From positions 2,976,001-3,040,000 of the forward strand of contig CM102285.1 in assembly GCA_046563655.1 (NCBI GenBank): 64,000 nucleotides of DNA. The letters run 5' to 3'. The notes below the pieces were generated by a model, which saw nothing but the letters and a program-made list of their open reading frames with translations, searched no databases and was not told the DNA's origin. The position numbers were made by a program, and so were the translations under genes. Numbering within the stretch: position 1 is the stretch's first letter; each line of letters begins with the position of its first letter. The stretch comes from Yuukianura sp. NJ FZ-2021. Taxonomy: Eukaryota. Positions 12,964-27,216 of the stretch are shown here, in pieces.

Positions 12964-15900
12964 TATGTACGTACGTGCATAACGTCAAAAGTCTATTGGC
13001 AAGTGGTCATACTATAATTAAGTGTAACTATAATGAACAGACTCGTACGTAAATTTCCGTTCATAAATGTCCAGTTACGGTAACAAAGTTATTCAAAGGA
13101 GAAAGGAAGGGTGATAGATTAAAAGTCTTTCTGTTCTTTTTCTTTTGCCAGCTCAACTCTGGTGTCCATCCAAGTAGATAATTTTTGGAGCGAGAATTCA
13201 AAAGTATACGGGGACGTGGAGATGATCATAAATTGAATTTAAGTACTATGCACACTGCATGCTCTGCTTTTTGGCTCAGAAATTTAGACGATGTGAAGAC
13301 TTACTTGTGATGATAAAATAAATCCCTAGTTGGATTTATTTCAAATTTTTAGTCCTTGGGAGATTGCCAGATGATATCTGGATTTCAGTAATGAAAAAAG
13401 CATAAAAACGTAAAAATTTGAATAAAAATTAAAGTAGAGGCGCTATAGTGCAAGTGAACGCTTCAAAAAGGTTAAAAATAGGTATGAACTGAAATCAGTT
13501 TCGAAAATTTGACAAAACTATTTAAACACAACAGAACTGAAATAACTTACACCTGCCAGAGGCAGGTTGAGGTAATTAAAAAGTACAATAATTAAAGCAT
13601 GAAGATTTCAAAAAGTTCTTTTCCGACAAAACTTATTTTAAAAAAATTGAAAGCAAATTAAAAATTTGTTTTGTTGGCAAATGGAAGCTATGGGACGCGC
13701 GTTTTGATTTTTTTCTCAATCCTAGTTTTTCGTGCCATTTTCATTCAATACATCAACATGTCCTATTGGTATTTAGGATCATTTTCTCGAAAGTTGGAGA
13801 AGCTAACCCAAGTGTGCACTAAAAGTTATTGTGAGGAATTTCAGTTCCAAAATTTTTGTTATGAATTTTCTTTTTCTTTTTTTTTTCGATTTTTTTTTGT
13901 GAATTGCTCCGTTGTTGGTGTGTTGTGTCATTTTGTGCTCAAGTGAAAGTGTAATTGGGAGTGATGTTGTTGCTAACCGCAGAAGGAAATGTCGTTGGAA
14001 GAAGGAGATTATGTCAAATGAGGCAGAATTGAGTTCTTGTCACCCACAAAAACTGTTTAGTTTTCTTCGTAAACCTTAACAAAAGGGAAACATGGGAGTT
14101 GAAGTGTCTTGACACAAAGTGAAAGTTCGCTGGAGGCCCCTTTCTCCGCCTCTACTTCACACTCCCACTCCATTTTATTACTTTCTTCCTCCTCCTCCAC
14201 CCTCCACATTTCAATTCTGCCGCCTATCACACAAAATTACTCATTTGAATACTCACTGAACTGAAAAAAAAAACGATTTATTTAAGAAAAACTTACGAGA
14301 CGAGCTGAAAATCTTTCCATGAAACTTTTGAGGTTAAGTTTTTCTTATTTTTTGTACCAAAGTTTGACACAAGCCGATTGCGTGGAGCGACAACAACCAT
14401 TCAGGAATAAAACGCTGGAGTTTACAATACCTCAGCATTTTAAATTGGTTCTCCATTTTGAAATTCTACTCCAGAGTCATGTGCAGCATTTTTCTTGTAT
14501 TTATCGGTAGAACTGTTCAACTTTGGGATCTAAAAAAAGGTTTTAAAATTTCAGAATTTAGAATTTAAACATTTTAAAATAGAGGTATTTGCAGGAATTC
14601 TCAATTTTTTTACCCAAAAGAAATATTTTCAGAATAGAGAAAATTTTATAAAATCCTACATTGTGTTTGAATAAAAAGATATTTTAGCATTTTTTTGAGA
14701 AAGTTCTTGCGGGAACTTAGAAATTACAAAAAAGCTTTGTAGTGGTAAGGATATTTACTATGTAAATGCGGAAGTAATCGGTTCCCCTTTTGTTCCTTCT
14801 GAGGGGATGAAACAGGAATACGGGCATCCTACGGAATACGCGGAACAGACTTGGGGTAGTATGAGGGTGAGTAGGGTGTAGGTTTACTAGGGTAGAACTC
14901 TTGTGGAAATAAGTTAATCATGATATGCAGTTAGGGAATCGTCGTCATCACTCATTCTTTCCACACACGACACGCACAAATTCTGAAAACAGTTTGGACT
15001 ATGATCAAAACCCTGGGATTGAACCGATTTCGGCTTCCGCGGGCATGAGAGGGACTATAGGAAGGGCGCTTCAGAGATTTTTTTGCTAACAAGCCGAAAC
15101 GGACTCGCCAGACAGCCCTGTCATCAATGAATAACAAATTAGGCATGGGAATGCTACGCTCCAAAATTCAAACATGACTCAAAGTCCATGCTCCACTGCG
15201 CCCGTAATTCAATTGAGACGTTCCATGAAGCACTGAAGTGCGGACGCTGGAAACGAGCCGAGGAGAAATCCAAAAAAAAAAAAACATAAAAATTTTAAAA
15301 AAAAAACCTAATACGCTCACAATAAAAAGTTCACTTTATGTTCAAAAATGTACCAGTTTTGACCAACACTTACTAAAATTCTAAAACACAAAATTTCACT
15401 TATTTTTGAAATTGTTTAACCTTTTTACATAATGCTGTACGTAAACACAAAAGGAGTTTAAAACTTTAGCACCTTCAAGCATAAGTTTCAAAATGCACTG
15501 CTAACTTTGTGTTTACCATTGGACACAACTTAAACCTTTAAAAAAGTTACATACAAAAAAAAACATAAAATTTGAGCATCAGTGGTTGCTCATTTTTTTT
15601 TCTCTGGTTGAAGCGGGAAGCGTTTCTATTTGATAAGGTCATCAGCGTGATGCTTCCAGATTTGTGTGGATATAAAACGGAGGAATCGGTGCTCGTGACT
15701 GGAGTCGCCCTCATTTTGTGACTGTCGTCGTAAAGATGATGAATAGGAGCCGAGTGGCTTGGGGAGGGTGCATAATAAACCCATTTGGGCAGCTTCTTCT
15801 GTGGTTTACAGCAAGCACTTTCTCCTAAGATCACTTGGAATCCTACCAAAGGAGAAAGTTCAAATGCAGATCACAAGAGAAAGAGCGGGAATAACGAAAT

Positions 15901-18900
15901 CCCTTGACTCCAATTTCTTTTCTCTAAATACACTTCAGCCTCCAACAATAAAAATTAAAAATTCTACTTGAAAACCACGTTTCAGGAAGTCTTTTCACTC
16001 AGTTTCAAAGGAAGCCCTAAAATTCATAAGTTAGCTTCCGTAGCCATTGTTGCCATTTTACTTTATATTTTACTTGAAATACATTTATAATTGTGCATGT
16101 TAAACATTCAAACAAAATTTGTTTGGCAAAATTTGTTTTATCTTTATAAACAAAACTTTTCATTTAACAAGCACGCACTTTGCGCAACAAAAAATTTTCA
16201 TTCTCGGAAATCAAGTGAAAGCGTTTTGTTTTGAAAATTTTGACGGAAATTCTCACTTCGGAACTAAAAGTATACTAAAATTGAAATAGGTTTCCACATA
16301 GTAGATAGCGCCATATTTTGAAAAGTAGTCTAATGTTAATACGAAGTATGAATGTAGTATGCATGTAGCATAGTGTATTGGTTTGGGTGAAAGTAAAAGT
16401 TGAAGTAAAAGTGAAAACTTTTGGAACACGCTGCACATTACTTTGTATAAATTGACTTTTAGGAACCTTGTGGATCAGTGCTCGTTAGAAGCATTCTCCA
16501 CAGTTCCAGAGTGTAAATGGTGAGCATAAATCATGAATTATTCTACGAAGCGGAACTGAAACTGATTCGTTCATTGTTTGAGTCAGGGACTGGAGATTTG
16601 GTTGAGTGACTTGTCTCTCCAAATAATGCTAACTCAATCAACTTAAATGCTTTGCAAGATGAATTTAGAAGTTAAGGGAAGAACAACATTTGGAACTACA
16701 GAAAACTTAGTTCTGTGCTCCCAATGTTAAATGAAATGGGAATTAGCGTAGGCCCATTAATCTATTATCTTAATAGGCAGCAGAGGAAGAACAAGAACTT
16801 AAAGACCACACATAAATCATCAACTAAAACTGGCCTTATCGCAACCAAAAAGACAACAGAACTGGAACTCCGCAGCTCTGTTGCATTTTGGAGCCATCAG
16901 AAATTAAATATTCTCAAACCAACAAAAAAGTTGAACTTTTTAAAATACATTAAAATACATCCAAACTGCGAGTAAGACACCAAAACTAGCTAAGAGCGTA
17001 GCGTGTAAGGCGAAAAACACAAAATTTTAAAATTCTGTATCCAACCTGTATCCAGATTAGAAGATTTTTTTTTGAGAATTTTGAGGTTTTTTTAAAGTTT
17101 CAAACAGATCTTACTGGATTGGCACTTTGGAACTTTTTTTGCCGTTTCAGCTAATCCGAAACTCAATTACTTTCCATTTAAGCAGAAAACATGTCGATGA
17201 AGGGACGACAGATGGTGGGCCTTGAAGGGCAAGTCAACCGCATTGCTCTCCAGAATATTTCAAATTCGAGATGTGCAGTGCAGTTCAAAATTTTGGTTTT
17301 TTCAATTTCCAGCATAACTACAGAAAATCATAAAAACGAAACTAACATTGTATTTTAGTGATAGGCGGAGAAGAGAGACCCTGGACAAAATCAGAATTGA
17401 CAAGAGAGCCCTTATCCGTCCTTCATTCAAATTTGATTGGATTACCCGCCGAGAACTCTGGACAGAAGAGAGAAAGCGGGAATAAAATTTAAATCCTTTT
17501 ATTCCCGCCAACTCTGAACTCAAAGAAGGCGGATTTTGTTCATACGAATGAGCCTATGATATGAGATTACTTTTTAGATCGAGAATAAAACAAGTACATA
17601 TGTGTTGTTTGACCATAGAGACGATGAAAGTGTCCATATGCTTCAAGTACAGTTCAAAATTTCACCACTTCAACATCTGTTGAAATATAATGTTCAAAAC
17701 CTTAAGTTTACGTACACTGCATGACTCCCTAATTTCATTTTTCAAAATGAAAATGGAATTCAAAAATTTCAATTCAAATTTTATGTCTTATCAAAGTCAA
17801 GAACGAAACTTCAACAAAATGTAACATGTACCATGTCAGGGTGTTTCAAAAATTTCGAAAGTTTTTAATTCAAAATTTAAATCTTGAGACGTTATCCAGA
17901 CTTGAAGAAAATACAAATCATGAGTCTCGAAATTTTGAAGTTGCTTTTCACTGTGAAGAGATGAGAATGACAATTGGAATTCCCTTCCCACGAACCAAAA
18001 CACCGTAAATTTTCCTACAACCGCACTGGCGTGTACAACACTTTTCAATTTAATATAATTAACTACTGATATATAATATTACATATAAAAATATTATATA
18101 AACCAGTATAGTGGTTATGCATACATCACGAGCATTTATTATAACGTTAAATATGTAAGTTATCCAGTATGTAAACAGTGCAGATGCATAGGGGTTTACG
18201 TTATGTTACGCATTAGTTAAAACATATGAGCTTATGTAATAACCACGCACATTGCCTGAGGCCGTATTTCTAAGTACATACATGATTTATGTAATTCCGG
18301 TAATGTAATGACGTCGTACTTGCATATCGATACTTGTGATGTATTATACTTATATACCGATTGGAAAAAAAAATTTAGCGCCTTGTAATTTTTTCTTTTA
18401 CCGTTTTGTCATTTCGGCTTTGTCTGTTCAGGAATTATCGAAAAAATAATTTAGGTAGTTACAGGTTTAAATTGAACAATTTTTGTAGCGCGGTGCTTGG
18501 TTGGAAATTTACGGTAACTATGAAAATGAATAAGAACTACTTCTTGGAATGATTTCAAGTTTTGTAAAGTGAAGTGACATGGAGACTTTGAGGTGGAACT
18601 ATCCCCAGTGGGTGGGCTCACGCAACGGTTTTCAAACAGTTTCTCCATGGTTGCTATTGTTGAGTCTCAAATGATTTATGGTTGAGGTCAAACTTTGTCA
18701 TTTTTTCTGTTCCAACTGGAAAGTTTTGGTGAGACGCCGTCATGACGATGACAAGTGGTTAAGTATGCGCCAAGTTGAGGCTGAAAAAGTTTTTGGGCTT
18801 GGTTCTACACTTTCCCATTTTTCGCGCGACATGCTAAAAGCATTACAAAAATGAAGTTGTTTAAATGTGGTAAGTGCCATAGAATAAATCAATGTCAATT

Positions 18901-18987
18901 TAAAGGCTCGCCGATGTAAATGACCATGGCTCCAAATTTTGCCAGTGAGAAAACCCATTTACAATTACAAGTAAATCACTTTTTAAA

Positions 18988-19059
18988 ATCAACTTTTCAA
19001 AGTTGTGCATTTTGTGCTTGAATCAACTTTAAAGTTGTGCAGTTTGTACTTGAATCAAC
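18988..19059. repeat. Short tandem duplication, ~33-bp unit, 2 copies
   Basis: aatcaacttttcaaagttgtgcattttgtgcttg is followed by aatcaactttaaagttgtgcagtttgtacttg and then aatcaac. Confidence 0.7.
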
Positions 19060-19729
19060 AATTTCTCTTAGCCCTGTCACTTTGCACAATCTAAAACAAT
19101 AGATTAAAAAATCAAATGACATTTCTCAATGTCCAATTGTCTACAACCGGCTTTTTTTTGATGAATTTTAACGACATTTTTTGAAAATTCTTCAGTGAAA
19201 TTATCTTTGTCGGCTTTCTACTTTGGCATACGGCTTAGCTGATTCGTATCGGCTTGAACCGGCTCCTAATTATTCACTTGTCGCGACAAAGATCATACAG
19301 TTATTTTTAGCCCGTATTGTGGACAGACAAATTCTATTTCAAATTTCAATGTCTCACATGTTAGCATTTAATACAAAGGGAACCAGGTTTTTTTTAGTAT
19401 CTCAAAAAATTGTTTTTAGAAAAGAGTGGCGCTTCGAAACCCATTTTTTGAAAATGCTCAAAAGGTTTTATGACACTGCATTTCCCCCGGTTTTATATGC
19501 TCTGTCGCCTCGTCTCCAACGTTTATGACTCTTGCATGAGTGTTAAATGTTAAAGGAGGTGACCTGGATTTTTGCTGCAAACCACGCCCTATACATTTCC
19601 AACTTCAAAATTTTAACCTTAGAATTCTTTTCAAAGGAAAAGAAAAAAATTAGTGAAGTTTTTAGAGTTAATTTTTCCTGAATTTTGTTTTAATACCTTA
19701 TAAAATTTCAAGGAAAGCGAAATTACAAG

Positions 19730-20322
19730 CAGGCCATTTTCGATTACAGGGGGTTCGATTACACGATTACACAGAATACGATTACAGATTACTAATCTGT
19801 AATCTGTAATCGAAAGGGGTACTGTAATCGTAATCGACAGTGTAATCGATTACAAAATTTTCGACTGAGTAATGGTAATCGTAATCGAACTCTTCATCAA
19901 AATATTTCGATTACTACCATTTTTCCAAAATAAGCCCAACCCTGGATATTGTTCCATGAAAACCCCCATTTGTCCATTCCTTGCTTACATTCCATTAATA
20001 CGAGAGCCAGACAGACAACAAGCATTAGTTTCTGCCGACAATGTCAGATCCAGAAACTCAACAAAATGGTGCAAGAGTACTAATGTTAAGTTTAAATTCT
20101 AATTTTGGCTTAGGAAGTAAGGAAAATTTGAGTTTGTTTGTAATCGAAAAATGTAATCGAATTACCTGTAAGATTACGATTACAGATTACAGATTACTAA
20201 TTTTCGAATACGATTACAGCCTTAAGTAATCGTATTCGAAGACAGTAATCGATTACATAATTTCAAATGTAATCAAGTAATCTGTAATCGATTACTTTTT
20301 TTGTGTAATCGAACATGGCCTG
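19730..20322. mobile_element. hAT-type MITE, 593 bp, with dense GTAATC/GATTAC subterminal repeats
   Basis: TIR caggccattttcgattaca / tgtaatcgaacatggcctg. Perfect 8-bp TSD attacaag at 19722-19729 and 20323-20330. CAG termini with an 8-bp TSD are hAT hallmarks. Confidence 0.92.
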
Positions 20323-23300
20323 ATTACAAGACGTAAAGCATGCAATTTAGGTCTAAATTTCAGCTAAATACGTAGAAAATTGTTTACAGACTTCGCACTT
20401 TTCAGAAATTGGAAAATTTGCACTTTTCAGGACTATATTTTTTGTAGTGTTAAACCGAAGGCATTGGAGGAGCCCTTGGAAGGGACGAAGGCACATGCCA
20501 TGCTTTAGGGGCCCTTTTTCTACTCACATCCCTTTGGTATTTCTTTTGTAAGTTTTTTCAACTGATCATCCCTCCTTACCTGCCAGGACTTTCCTCCATG
20601 TCATCGTCATTCTACGAACATATCCTCTTCCCTGGACATTCTATGGAACCAATCATCCCAACCAGCTTAAAGTATATACCTAAGGTGGTTTTACCTCTGC
20701 AACAATGGGTTACACAACAAGAATTGCCCACGGTCTATTCGGTCCAAGAATGACAAAAGAGTTCCACCTTGGATTCTTCAAGTCTCTCAGTTCTGATCTT
20801 GCCTCCAAGCACAACGCTCCTCAGCATCTTAATTTTTTACAGCAATTGTTATTCTCTACGTTCATACAAAGTTGCTACACAAACAATTTCGACTGGAAAA
20901 ACTTGTGTTGGAACTGAAACGTCGATAGAAATTTTGTTTCCCGGCAAATAAACTACATCTGATTTTGCTGCAAAGCTACATCGTCTCAGTTTTCCGGTAA
21001 GCAATTGCATAAGCAACATAATTTGAAACAAAATATTAAAACGTTATGGTAATTTTTCATTTATTTGCTCAACAAATTTTCCCGTTTCATCATATAAAGT
21101 GAGTTAAGCATGAGTTGAGTAAATATACCTGCAAAAATGTTTCGGTAAATTTGTAAAGTAAGTTGGTATGCAACATAGCGGTAAAGTCTGCATATATACA
21201 GTTTAAATTGACCTTGTATTAGGACAGACTGGTTGAAGTACCACTTTTAAAAATTGCGCAGTTTGCGCATATGCGAGAAAAGTATTCTTTAGACAAGCAT
21301 GTTCTGCTGTTATCTTAAGTTTATCTTTTGAATTAAGATGCACCGAGTGATACGTCAATGTTTACTATCCAGAAGGTAACAGAGATTTAGCCCATCTTCA
21401 TCGAAGCGTGGAAACTGGCTATAAAATTTAATGTAACGACTTTTGGCTTGTCGCTGTTGAGCACTGCTAGCTGTTTTTCGTTATCACCGAAACGCATACG
21501 GACAGAAAGAAACTTTTTTTCAAAAAGTGAAAGAGCGGGAAAAATTGATTTGATCTTTGGATTATTTCAAAGTTTTTATTACCCAAAACTCTTCTCCAAT
21601 TTACAATCAGACATGCACCGTACCAAAACCAAAATTGAGCCATTTGAGTCCAAAAATGCTTTAGTTTTCGAGGGAACGTTTGAATAAACCATGATGAATC
21701 TCTGAGCGCGGTAAAGTTACAAATTACTGAGGAGGGAGCGGAACGATTACTTTATTGGCTACCGTTTGATTACTACTCACTTTGGTTTAGGCGGGAAGAG
21801 GGATAATTTTAAGAGCTTTTCCTAGGCCACAAAAACTAATTGTTTTGGTTCTTATAGTATCAGTTGAGATTCCATTTCATTTTGAGAGAAGATGAAGAGC
21901 CTTAAGGCTAATACCACGGATTGAATCAAAGTGTCCTTCTCTTACATGTACACCATGTACCGAAATATACACTATGATCTATATACTTCATCCAAGAAAT
22001 GACAATCATTTCTGTGGACAAGGACATTGTTAGATGAAAAAAGGCGGGTAGATTTGTCAGAGGGAGAAACTATGTGATGGTGCGGTGGTGATGTACTTAC
22101 ACCGATTGCTTTCCCCCCTTGTTGCCCGTAAGCTCTGGGACGACCGGGATGAAGATGATGATGAGAGGGGTGATAAAGATGATCTAAAAGTGCATTCAAC
22201 ATTCCTCTTCCTAACAACACTTTACGGTCCCCCCTTTTTCAATCTAGTTGAAACACTTTTTCGGTTCTGAAGCGCAAAAAGAAAAACTTTTTCAAACACA
22301 TTTTGCTGTTTCAGGCGTCGAGAAATATGGCGGGTGTAACACATTTTTGAATTCAAGTGTAGTAAGTGCATTAAAAGCCCGGCTCAAAAATTTTCAAAAA
22401 CGTCCTTGAAATTTAGCGTTGTTCGCACAACGTTTAATCAGTTTTTAGTCCTTCCTTTTTGAAATTCGCGTTTTTAAATCTCGCTAAACTCTTTGGTTGT
22501 AAATTTAATTTTGGCGCGAATGCTAGTGACTTGTAAATTTTAAAAACGTGAAACCACGCTGTCCTTCACACTAAAGTTCGCAGCGTCAAAAATTTTTGCA
22601 GCCACTTTTGTATTCGTATAAACGCAATTTTGGATTCTCCCGCCTCGTCAATCGAACAATGGAAAGTGATGATGAGAAGACTCTAAGGCGCTAATTACTT
22701 CGTTGCAGGGTGCTATGCATACGTTTAATTTATTTGCGTTTGTGGTTACGTTGTGGAAGAGTTTAAGACACAATGAGCAAATATTTGTAGGTTTGGCGCG
22801 TGTAAAACGAGAGACACGTGACCTTTGACAAACAATCTACAGAGAGCACACGCTAAGGTTTTAGAGTGCAGCTGAAAGTGGCGGGATTGTTGTAAATTGA
22901 AATTCCTGAGAAGGCATTAACACCGTCGGAGTTTAATTAAGAGTAGAATCATCCCTCCGGTCGTGGTGGTAAAATTCAAAAACCTTTCGTACCACCTTCT
23001 TCAAATAGTTTTTTGAAAAATACGGCCCAGCCTTAACTATTTATGATTATTGTCCCATTATTGTGGTTTTCCAACAACAGAAATCCTAACGACCTAAAAC
23101 GAGCCCTTCGGTAAGCAGCCTCTCCTTGTAACATTATTTCGTAACTCGCATTTTACTCAAAAAGAATAAGGGAGAAAGACCAAATTGCTTTAAAGTTGTA
23201 AAAACACCACAATTTCAAAAAGTATCATTTCAAATTTTCCTGCTCTGAGTCACTTTAACAAAGAAAATACTAGGAAATATCTTTCCGGACTGAACTTTTG

Positions 23301-26300
23301 AAAATAAAAGTTATGACGAGGGAAATATAAAAGTGTAGGAAAAGTTATAACCTCGAGCGCGGGCAATTTGAAACTTGTAGAGACATTCCTTTATCCCTCC
23401 GTTAACGAAGTGTCCAAGCTTCATCAATCTGATACTTGTGCCTGGGGCATTGTGAGATTCTGGAATCTCTCTTTGGTCCAAGGGCGGGTCCTTCAAAACA
23501 ATTCAAATATCATTCCCCATTCTGAGCATGAATTTTTCTATACCACTCGAACATGTTTGAGTTTGCCAAACTGTTTTCAGAAACAAGTGCACAGAATTTC
23601 AAACGCAAAGTTTATCGCCCTAAATTTTCTTTGTGTTCAAAATTTCAAAAAATTTAACAATTCAGTTCTCGAAAAGCTTTGGTTTAAAATTTTCGGGCAT
23701 TTCTAATAAAAATTCTAAGACGTTTTCAAATTAAACTTTCAATATAAAGTCTTAATTTTACCCCAATTCCTGGCGTATACCACGCTTCAATTTTTTTTAC
23801 TTGAAAAATTTGTCAAAATATATTAAACGTTTGTTTAGTTGTATTTTGAAAGAATTTTTTTGAAAACGACAAATTGAGGAACGAAAATTTTCAAATTGTG
23901 TTATTTCTTGTAGACAGAAGGAATGAGGTTGCGTTTAAAGATTGATGTGATTCTTGTGCCCTTTGTTGAAAAGATGAAGATGCCAGGAGGGAAATAAGTT
24001 TCCTTTTGAATTTCTCCGGGTGTCGGGAAGAGGCGTGTAACACACTTCACTGGCTGTAGCCCTTCAGAGTACGTTCTGGAACATAACCTTAGTGTATAGT
24101 TTATTGTGGTTGTGGTGTAGGAGATTGAAGGGTAGTTTTGGAGGATGTCCAGGAAAAACAAGACAAGAGAGGGAAGTTTGAATTCCACTTCATTAGAACG
24201 TTTTGTGATGTATCATCTTGTCAAGTGGAGGTTCAAATCATTCATTCTGAAGGGTGGCATTGTCTCCCTTCAGTCAATCTTCTCATTGTTGTCCATCTTC
24301 CAGGAATTATGGATATCCGATTCCTCTGGATAGCAGCAATACATGACAAAAAAATCGAATTCAAGCAAAACTTTTACTCGATTAAAATCACTACGTTTCT
24401 ACAAGGTATGACATTCATACCATGAATAGCCACCAAAAGTAGTAAGGCCGCGAAAAAATTTTTTGTGATGTTGTATTTTTGTTCATTCATTAAATTCATT
24501 TCAAACTAAGCAGGAGTAAAGCTGTGTGAAGGAAATCGAATAGAAGACGCTAAAAATCAAAATAGTCGTAAAATTGCTTTAAAATCATCAGTGCATAAGC
24601 AATGCATGACACTACAAATGTGTCGTCATTTCTCCACGTATGAATTTCGCGTGTCATTCATGCGTTAATTTCATATTACCCCAGTCCATTTGCTTAACAA
24701 AGTGATTTTGTATACAGAAACAGATTGTACTTATTGCTTTCAGCTTTCATTTTCAAAGTCGCTAAGACATTCCCCGATGTCCAAAAATTTTTAAACTAAA
24801 CGGCTCCATTGTCCACATTAGTCGCTTTTTCTGAAACATAAAAGCTGAGGCGTCTGTCGACTTTTGTTGCATTGTTTTCTGCTGTCTCCCCAAAGATTAT
24901 TGTCTTGGATAAGAACACAAGGAACAATGGCATTGCAAATACAATTGTGCTTTACACAGGAGGTAAGGGGATGAAGTTAATCCTATTTTCAAAGAAAAGA
25001 GTCTCGACTAGGAGACAAAGGACTTAAGGGTACAGTGGCACTTTGGATTTGAGGACTTCAGACACAAGTCAATGTCACACCGCAGTCGGAAGTCTCATCC
25101 CTTAGTTCTAGGAATGTTCGGAGGGTTATGGCTGAAACCCTGCTGGAAACAGGCCCACCTTTGGCATCTTCTGGTTTAGTTGGCAATGGATTGTTGTATA
25201 AGATATGCATCTCTTTACAATTTGATCTGTAGATAAAGAATTTATGGAAAGGGGTCCCTTCAAGGGCCCAATGACAAAGGGCCTGCGGGATGCCACTGGA
25301 AGTTTGGAATATCTTTTGGTTTTAAATTATTTTGATGAGGGCCCTTCGACTTTATGAAAATATTGTTCTGACGTGCCTTTGTCTAAAAGTCAAGTGATCT
25401 CCAACCGTGCGTCTTCGTCACAGCATAGGGTCAGATAAGGTCAAAGGGGTCACAGTGTTATGGTAGGGTTAGCTTTTAGTCACAAATGACATTCCATTGG
25501 CATATGTTAGATTTAAGTTTTGACTCCGAGAAAGTAAAGTTTACCAGTGGTAAAAAAAAGTTGTCCCAAGGTTCGTAGGCAAACTAATCGTTTATTCTGC
25601 ACCAGGTTGCCCAGTAACCCGACGTTTTTAATTTTCTCAAATTATTTGCAAAACTTGCGTCGCCGTGCCTTTCTATGGTAATGATTTGTATGGAATTTAA
25701 TAGGAATTGGAGGAATATTGGTTGGAAAATTGTTTGTAGGAAGATTTTTGCAAACCCCGAGTTATTGGACAACCTGTTGTAGGAAATACAATTTGTTCTA
25801 TTTCGATTGTCAAGGCACCTTGAGTTGTCCAAAGCAATCGCAGTTTCAAAAAAATCAGCATGGTCTCCGGGCCCTTAAAAAAATTCCATTCATTGTTGCA
25901 GTGTGTCTTAATTGTAATTAGTTCCAGGAAGGGAACCCCTTTTGGAGAGCCCTTAAGTGACCTTGACAGACTTGGAAAGTGTAAATTAGAAATTGTGTAT
26001 GTGCGGGGTGTAAAATTAAGGAATTTGAAAGTCCCTCCCTCTTCGAAGTACCCTAGAAAGGGCTCTAGGGCCCTTCAGAAAGTAAACAAAGAGTCCCCGG
26101 GAAGTAACAAGGGAAAGGGGCCCTTAAAATCCTCTCGCAGCTTGCAAGCTGATTTCTCAAGAAATGCACTTGTGATCATTACGTTTTTGGTTAAACTTTA
26201 TGTTCCTAAAAAAATTTACGCTCGAAAAAATTTTATGTTCAAAAACTTTTTTTTAGAGTTGAACTTTTAGATCAGAAAGATCATTAGTCAAGAGACTACG

Positions 26301-27216
26301 CTTTTTGAAGCTGTTTACTTGTGAATTTGTTCCACCTTCCTTGTACCCTGTCATCATCGTTACTCAATTCATTTTCAGACGAAACGGTGCTAATCACTTG
26401 GAAGGTTTTGAAGACATGCGCATGCGGGCTTCAGCGGTGTTGAAAAAGTACCCTTAACATCCTCTGCGTGTCGTAATTCCTCTTTTTTCAAAATTTAGTT
26501 GTACCTAAAACTGAAAAAAAGTTAGAAAAACCCAAAGAACTCGAATTTTTATTTCGTTTTTTAATTTGCAGAATTTGAGTCGTTTGAATTTTGAAGTTTT
26601 GAATTTGGCGCCAAGACGTTGCAGGTTCATTCGTCTTTGTCCTAATCCTTACGAAGTTGTAAAACGAGTATCTCAAGGGCTATGTCAATATTATGCAAAG
26701 TGTGATTCATTTAAGTGTCACTTTTTCTGTGTGGCATGACACTTAAAACTTTGATATTTTGTACTAGATTTGCTGAGAACTTTTTCATTCTTGTCAAATG
26801 AGATACTAAACCTGTATTTAATGAGAAGTGGTTTCTTGAATCAACTCAACTTGACAAAAAAATTTAATCTCTAATAGTTTTATGAGATTTAATAAAAATT
26901 TTACACAAAAATTCAAAATGTCTCTTGAAAAGCGACAATTCTAATAGTGAAAGTTTAAAAACTCAAATATTTAGATGCTCCAATTCATCAAAAGTCAGTC
27001 AATTTGAAACAAGATTTTGAGTTTTGAAAAAGGCAACTTAATTTAAGCATGGTTCATATTTTTGTTGCAGATGAAGGAGAGTTTTAGTCTCATCATGCTC
27101 AATGATTTATCGGATGTCATGGAATAAGTACTCAAAATTCCAGTTTTTGCTGCATCTTTTGTTGAAAAAAGTATAAGAAATCCTCGTAGGGATTTTGAAA
27201 TTGTTTGAACAAAGAA

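Noticed and set aside
14297-14304. Possible 8-nt minus-strand micro-exon (ttttcAG|ctcgtctc|GTAAGT)
   Set aside because: No host gene or partner exons could be assembled, and such matches occur by chance; it needs RNA-seq.
15547-15849. 100-aa minus-strand ORF
   Set aside because: Non-ATG start, no recognisable domain and no phase-compatible neighbouring exons.
17837-18007. CAGGGTGTTTC start resembling a mariner TIR
   Set aside because: No convincing matching right TIR or TA duplication.
21972-22270. His-rich and Asp-rich short ORFs on opposite strands
   Set aside because: Explained by low-complexity GAT/GGT runs, with no gene structure.
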